NCBI GenBank assembly: GCA_028284905.1
Contig: JANQQU010000060.1
Span: 147,226 to 211,225, forward strand
Length of the DNA: 64,000 nucleotides
Direction of reading: 5' to 3'
From: Calditrichia bacterium
GTDB taxonomy: Bacteria > Calditrichota > Calditrichia > RBG-13-44-9 > J075
Made by a program: the position numbers and the translations under genes. Under the pieces are notes generated by a model. The model saw only the letters and a program-made list of their open reading frames with translations, was not told the DNA's origin and made no database searches. Positions 58,824-64,000 of the stretch are shown here, piece after piece. How positions within the stretch are numbered: the stretch's first letter is position 1; each line of letters starts with the position of its first letter.

Positions 58824-60113
58824 TTGCAACAGATAAGCATTGATACAAAAACGGAAAAGGCAATTCTCGTAGGCGTGGTATTACCGAATGATCGTCGCTG
58901 GGAAGTGGATGAAAGTTTATACGAATTAAAACAATTGGCCTCCACCTCCGGTGTTCGGGTTGTAGACCAACTCACCCAGGAGCGCCAGAAGTTAAACCCG
59001 GCTTATTTCATCGGCCGTGGCAAGGTGGACGAGCTATCAGATATGATAGAAATGCATCAGGTAAAGTCAGTTATTTTTGATGACGATCTGACTCCCGCCC
59101 AAACACGCAATCTGGAAAAGGCGATAGATGCGAAAATAATCGATCGCAGTACGTTGATTCTGGATATTTTTGCCAAGCATGCCCGCACCCGCGCGGCAAA
59201 AACCCAGGTGGAGCTGGCGCAACTACAGTATATGCTGCCGCGCCTTACGCGACAATGGACGCACCTTTCCCGACAAGTCGGGGGTATTGGCACGAAAGGT
59301 CCCGGTGAAACTCAGTTGGAAACTGACCGCCGTCTGGTTCGTACGCGTATCGAGCATCTTCGTAAAGAACTGGGGAAAATCGACCTGCAGCGGCAAACCC
59401 GTCGGAAAGGACGCAAGGCACGCTTCAAGGCATCGCTGATCGGCTACACCAATGTTGGCAAATCCACCTTGATGAATCTTTTATCCGGTGCAGATGTTCT
59501 GGTCGAAAACCAGCTGTTCGCAACGCTGGATCCGACAGTCCGCCAAGTACAGCTAGATAAGCAGCACACTATTTTGTTGAGTGACACCGTTGGTTTTATC
59601 CGCAAGCTGCCGCATCACCTGGTAGAATCGTTCAAAAGCACCCTGGACGAAGCTATCGATGCCGACTTGCTGGTGCACGTCGTGGATGTTAGTCATCCTG
59701 GATTCATGGACCAGATCCATGTCGTCAACGAAGTATTAGAGGATATTGGCGCCAAGAAGAAGCCGGTCTTGATGGTATTCAACAAGATCGACCGCTTAAA
59801 AGAAAAAGAGATGCTAACCGGTCTGCGGAAGCAATTCCCTGAAAGTGTTTTTGTCAGTGCGACCCGCCAGATTCGCACCGAGCACCTCAAGATGGAACTC
59901 GCTCGTTTCATGGAGAAAAATTTTATTGTATCGGACATAACCCTGCCGATGGCGCAATCGGGTCTCGTGAATACAATTTTCGAAATGGCTATTGTATTGA
60001 ATCAGAAATACAATGATGAAACGATCGACCTGAAAATCAAGTGTTCGCCGGAGCAGCTGGTAAAAATCCACCGTGTTGTGGACGCAAAATTGAACAGCAA
60101 TGGCCGTCATTAA
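58824..60113 (+). CDS. hflX: Ribosome-splitting GTPase HflX
   Basis: GPGETQLETDRR, GYTNVGKST, LFATLD, DTVGFI, NKID; TTG start after AGGAGG. Confidence 0.96.
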   Translation: MQQISIDTKTEKAILVGVVLPNDRRWEVDESLYELKQLASTSGVRVVDQLTQERQKLNPAYFIGRGKVDELSDMIEMHQVKSVIFDDDLTPAQTRNLEKAIDAKIIDRSTLILDIFAKHARTRAAKTQVELAQLQYMLPRLTRQWTHLSRQVGGIGTKGPGETQLETDRRLVRTRIEHLRKELGKIDLQRQTRRKGRKARFKASLIGYTNVGKSTLMNLLSGADVLVENQLFATLDPTVRQVQLDKQHTILLSDTVGFIRKLPHHLVESFKSTLDEAIDADLLVHVVDVSHPGFMDQIHVVNEVLEDIGAKKKPVLMVFNKIDRLKEKEMLTGLRKQFPESVFVSATRQIRTEHLKMELARFMEKNFIVSDITLPMAQSGLVNTIFEMAIVLNQKYNDETIDLKIKCSPEQLVKIHRVVDAKLNSNGRH

Positions 60114-60203
60114 TGTTTGCCGGAATTAGATGAACTTTAACGAATTTTCGAAGTTTTTAATTAAGATGAAGTATTTGTGCAAACAAGAAACGGTATTGTG
60201 GTA

Positions 60204-61778
60204 ATGTTAAAAACGTTGTTTTTCCGGAGCCTGTTATTTCTCATATCTCTAACAATGTTATCGTCTGCGCAGTATGTCCGGACCAACAAGTTTGCGAACG
60301 AACAGCTACGTCGGGCAACTTACGCGCTGGACGATTTCATTAGCTATACCAGCTCCCGCCGCTTTACGGTGATGACCGCAGGCACGAATTACATCTATAT
60401 CGGCACCAAGGATGGCGGCATCCTTCGCTATCATATTTATGACAACTACTGGGACTATCCTTTTACCACAAGCAACGGCTTGCCTTCCAATAATATCCAG
60501 GGGTTGATTTATGACAGAACCAGTTCCTTCCTCTGGGCTTTTACACCGGATGATGTCGCAGTATTAAACCCTGCCTCGCAGGAATGGATTGTAAAATCCC
60601 AGTCTGCCTATTGGGGTTATGAACTTCCGGAGCAAGATAATGACCGAAATCGCCTGGATAGCAAGGGGAAGTTTTACGGCCGCGATGCACTGCCGTCACT
60701 CCCAACATTTTTTGCCAATGGCGATTATTCCATTTTGGGTGAGTGGATTCTAATGGATCGGGATTTTCGGGAATTCCCAATCATTGGCTATTTGCGCGAT
60801 CGATATGACCGCGTTTGGTTTCTCGTCGATGGGTTCGGCATCGGTGTGGGAGAAATGTTTAATCAGCGGGCGACCTTTTACAAGCTGGGATTACCGGACA
60901 TCTCTCCGCGGGCGATTGCTTACCAGGGCGATGACTTGTGGTTTGGCGGCATTTCCGGCAACTATAAAGATTATTCCGGCATCGCTCTTTGGCCTTATGA
61001 TCAACCCGGCTGGCAATATTATCAGGACCGTTTTATCAGCCACCTGCCTTCGGATAATGTTTTCGACATCCTGGTAAACAGCGATTCGGTTTGGTTTGCT
61101 ACTGATTATGGCGTAACGCTCTATGATCGCGGAAATAACCGCTGGAGAAATTTTGGCCTTGCTAAAGGCGTAGTGAGCAACCAGGTATACGATTTGGCAA
61201 TACTTGATGATTATTTGTATGCTGCCACCGAGGAGGGAATTTCCCGGATTGATTTAGCAACCAGCAATGTCCGCAAGGTAAAAGACCATCGTTTCAGGAA
61301 TCTGCCCGTCTACCGATTGGCAACACATCGTAAGGCGCTTTGGGCAGCAACCTTTCGCGGGATCTTCCGCTTTACCGCGGAAAAAGGATGGGAGCAAATC
61401 CAGACCCGTTCGGCAATTAATGAGCTGGAAGTCACTGCTGTTGATGGATATCGTAACGAAGTATGGTTTGCATCGGATGGTGGCGTTTCGGTATACAATA
61501 CCAAAACAAATGACTGGGAAAGCTATCCACAAGTTGCCTATGAAGTAGCTGGCCCGTACAAAGACATCAAGGTAAATAAGAAAGCAGTATTTGTTGCGAC
61601 TCAAGATGGCCTATTGAAGTTTGACAAAGAGCGTCGCTATTGGGTATTGTTCACCACTGAAGATGGTTTACTGGACAATTATTGTCATCAGCTATTACTC
61701 GACGGTGATTACATCTGGATCGTCAGTGATAGTGGCGTTACCCAGTTCTACTGGAATAGTCCGGATCGCAGCGATTAA
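60204..61778 (+). CDS. Secreted beta-propeller (regulator-propeller-like) protein
   Basis: Signal peptide; repeated GLPSN/VWFATD-G-V blades; no kinase domain. Confidence 0.7.
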   Translation: MLKTLFFRSLLFLISLTMLSSAQYVRTNKFANEQLRRATYALDDFISYTSSRRFTVMTAGTNYIYIGTKDGGILRYHIYDNYWDYPFTTSNGLPSNNIQGLIYDRTSSFLWAFTPDDVAVLNPASQEWIVKSQSAYWGYELPEQDNDRNRLDSKGKFYGRDALPSLPTFFANGDYSILGEWILMDRDFREFPIIGYLRDRYDRVWFLVDGFGIGVGEMFNQRATFYKLGLPDISPRAIAYQGDDLWFGGISGNYKDYSGIALWPYDQPGWQYYQDRFISHLPSDNVFDILVNSDSVWFATDYGVTLYDRGNNRWRNFGLAKGVVSNQVYDLAILDDYLYAATEEGISRIDLATSNVRKVKDHRFRNLPVYRLATHRKALWAATFRGIFRFTAEKGWEQIQTRSAINELEVTAVDGYRNEVWFASDGGVSVYNTKTNDWESYPQVAYEVAGPYKDIKVNKKAVFVATQDGLLKFDKERRYWVLFTTEDGLLDNYCHQLLLDGDYIWIVSDSGVTQFYWNSPDRSD

Positions 61779-61922
61779 TCCTCTCCCATAGTTTATAAAG
61801 CATTTTGAATCTACCACTTCACCCCGTAACTTTCGCGCCTTAAGCTCATCGAATACTTAGCTGGGTTGAGCTTTCAGCAATCAACGGAGTCGGTTTTCAA
61901 CTATTAATGTGAGTGATTCATC

Positions 61923-62369
61923 ATGAAGCGAACTTTATTAAAATCCCTGTTTTGTTTTATCATAAGCACATTATTTTTTATTAATTGCCAAAAGGCAAAA
62001 TCGGAACAAACAGCTGCCGAGCAGAGCAAACAGGACAATTATCAAGAACTTTCCGTACAGGAAGTCAACTCACTTTTGCAATCTTCAGAAGATGTTCTGC
62101 TCATTGACGTGCGAACGACAGAAGAATATAACGGCCATCTCGGCCATATTGCCGGGAGCACCTTAAAGCCGGTTCAGCAAATTGACAACTGGATTGGCGA
62201 GATCGACAAGGATACTGCGCAAACCATTGTTTTTATTTGCCGATCCGGAAACCGCAGTGGGCGTGCAGCACAATTCTTCCAGGAAAAAGGCTATAGCAAC
62301 CTGATCAACATGACTGGCGGTATGCTTGCCTGGAACAAAGCTAATTTGCCAACTGAAAAAGACGAATAA
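61923..62369 (+). CDS. Rhodanese-like lipoprotein
   Basis: Lipobox FINC; IDVRT.EEY..GHIAG; active-site loop CRSGNRS; GGMLAW. Confidence 0.9.
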   Translation: MKRTLLKSLFCFIISTLFFINCQKAKSEQTAAEQSKQDNYQELSVQEVNSLLQSSEDVLLIDVRTTEEYNGHLGHIAGSTLKPVQQIDNWIGEIDKDTAQTIVFICRSGNRSGRAAQFFQEKGYSNLINMTGGMLAWNKANLPTEKDE

Positions 62370-62389
62370 CGAAAGATATTGTTAATAAC

Positions 62390-62599
62390 ATGAAAATTGA
62401 TTTTAAAAGACTAATTCCATTTACACTTGCCGGTGCAGCACTGGGATTTTCCTACTACTACTTTATCGGGTGCAATACCGGTACTTGCCCAATTAGCAGC
62501 GATCCGACCATTAGTACGCTTTATGGTAGTGTTATGGGCGTTCTGCTAGGCACGCAAAACCGTTCTGAACAACCGCAGCAAGAGGAGCAACAACCTTAG
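62390..62599 (+). CDS. Small membrane protein with GC-x2-GTCPI motif (DUF6132-like)
   Basis: GFSYYYFIGCNTGTCPISSDP..STLYG; typical companion of rhodanese/thioredoxin genes. Confidence 0.8.
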   Translation: MKIDFKRLIPFTLAGAALGFSYYYFIGCNTGTCPISSDPTISTLYGSVMGVLLGTQNRSEQPQQEEQQP

Positions 62600-62809
62600 G
62601 CTGCCGGGTATATTTTTAGTCAACAAATTTATAATATCCCGGGATGCATCGTGGGATATTATCGACTTTCCCACCGTATGCTTTCCCGCTTGTTTCGACA
62701 TAGATAATTTCGTATCATTCTGCCGCATAAGCAGAATGCGCTTAACACTTGGATGATTAACCGTTTCATCCATTTACCGGTAACATTTAACTCAAGGAAA
62801 TGGTGGATT

Positions 62810-64000
62810 ATGAGCAGCGTGGACAAAGAGAAGACTTCTGCTTCCAACAACAACGACGATAAAGCAACACCCTCAAATTCTAATTTTATTCGCCAAATCA
62901 TTGATGGTGATTTGGAAAAGGACAAAAACGATAGTCGGGTGCATACCCGCTTCCCCCCGGAGCCGAATGGCTATCTTCATATCGGTCATGCAAAATCGAT
63001 TTGCCTGAATTTTGGTCTGGCCGATGAATACAGCGGCCTTTGCAACCTTCGTTTCGACGACACAAACCCGACGAAAGAAAGCACCGAGTTTGTTGAGTCG
63101 ATCATTGAAGATGTAAAATGGCTCGGCTTCGATTGGGAAGATCGCCTTTATTATGCTTCCGATTATTTTGACAAACTCTACGATTTTGCCGTTCAGCTAA
63201 TCAAGGCAGGGAAAGCGTTTGTCGACGATCTTACTTACGAAGAGATTCGGGAATATCGCGGCACATTGACGACACCTGGCAAGAACAGTCCTTATCGGGA
63301 TCGCTCCATTGAAGAGAATCTCGATCTTTTCGAGAGGATGCGCAACGGTGAATTCGAGAAAGGCTCGAAAGTGCTTCGAGCCAAGATAGACATGGCATCT
63401 CCCAATATGAATATGCGCGATCCGGTCATCTATCGTATTATGGACACGCATCATCATCGCAGTGGGGATGATTGGTGCATCTATCCAATGTACGATTTCA
63501 CCCATGGACTCTCGGATTCTCTGGAAGGTATAACACATTCAATCTGTACGCTGGAGTTTGAAGATCACCGCCCGCTCTACGACTGGTTTCTCGAAGAGCT
63601 GGATGTTTTTCATCCCCAGCAAATTGAATTTGCCCGTTTAAATTTAAACTACACGGTGATGAGCAAAAGAAAGCTGCGCCGCCTGGTAGAAGAAGGCTTT
63701 GTTTCCGGATGGGACGACCCCCGCATGCCAACCATTAGCGGTTTGCGTCGCCGTGGCTATACCCCGGAAGCAATTCGCAATTTCTGTGAAATGATCGGCG
63801 TCGCAAAAAGTAACAGCACCGTCGACATTGCTCAGCTGGAATTCTGTATTCGTGAAGATCTCAACAAACGTGCGGCACGGGTAATGGCGGTATTGGATCC
63901 ACTGAAGCTGGTAGTAACTAATTACCCGAAAGATCAGGTAGAAGAGCTGGATGCGGAGAATAACCCGGAAGATGAAGCCATGGGTAAACGGAAAATTCCC
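62810..64000 (+). CDS. glnS: Glutamine--tRNA ligase, truncated at window edge
   Basis: Not in the ORF track; translated by hand from ATG 62810. [66 protein letters not shown]. Confidence 0.96.
   Translation, partial: MSSVDKEKTSASNNNDDKATPSNSNFIRQIIDGDLEKDKNDSRVHTRFPPEPNGYLHIGHAKSICLNFGLADEYSGLCNLRFDDTNPTKESTEFVESIIEDVKWLGFDWEDRLYYASDYFDKLYDFAVQLIKAGKAFVDDLTYEEIREYRGTLTTPGKNSPYRDRSIEENLDLFERMRNGEFEKGSKVLRAKIDMASPNMNMRDPVIYRIMDTHHHRSGDDWCIYPMYDFTHGLSDSLEGITHSICTLEFEDHRPLYDWFLEELDVFHPQQIEFARLNLNYTVMSKRKLRRLVEEGFVSGWDDPRMPTISGLRRRGYTPEAIRNFCEMIGVAKSNSTVDIAQLEFCIREDLNKRAARVMAVLDPLKLVVTNYPKDQVEELDAENNPEDEAMGKRKIP

Noticed and set aside
62600..62809. T-box leader before glnS
   Set aside because: No T-box consensus or terminator/antiterminator structure seen.
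111..63731. The many short overlapping ORFs in the track (e.g. 111-662, 2955-3599, 26975-27565, 63197-63731)
   Set aside because: They lie antisense or out of frame within well-supported genes and show no recognisable motifs.

Overview
Gene-dense bacterial chromosomal segment with no rRNA, tRNA, CRISPR array, prophage or intact transposase visible. Three secreted proteins end in an N(Y/F)PNPFNP C-terminal domain, and the region has an ECF-FecR-TonB receptor unit and a propeller-type hybrid kinase. Together these point to an FCB-adjacent lineage such as Calditrichota/KSB1 (inference, not checked). Contents in order: a partial RND/MacA-type adaptor; an archaeal-type HMG-CoA synthase/thiolase/DUF35 operon; two GH13 enzymes flanking a Fluc channel; a PabB-PabC fusion; a ~290 bp nested-palindrome REP/MITE-like element; a 4-hydroxyproline catabolic cluster with a visible promoter and operator; a hybrid kinase; an ECF-FecR-TBDR-lipoprotein unit; a secreted metalloprotease; a HAL2-type phosphatase; a stand-alone tandem-AP2 protein with a sigma54-like promoter; pyrC and transporters; a GH36/MFS/nucleotidyltransferase/SSS/GH20 sugar locus; PIN-PhoH; an EndoQ-UvrD fusion; a MurU-like enzyme; an AA10 LPMO; hflX; and partial glnS. 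The best candidates for under-described biology are the EndoQ-UvrD fusion, the tandem-AP2 unit, the archaeal-type mevalonate entry module and the nested palindromic element. All calls come from reading motifs by eye; no database search was run.
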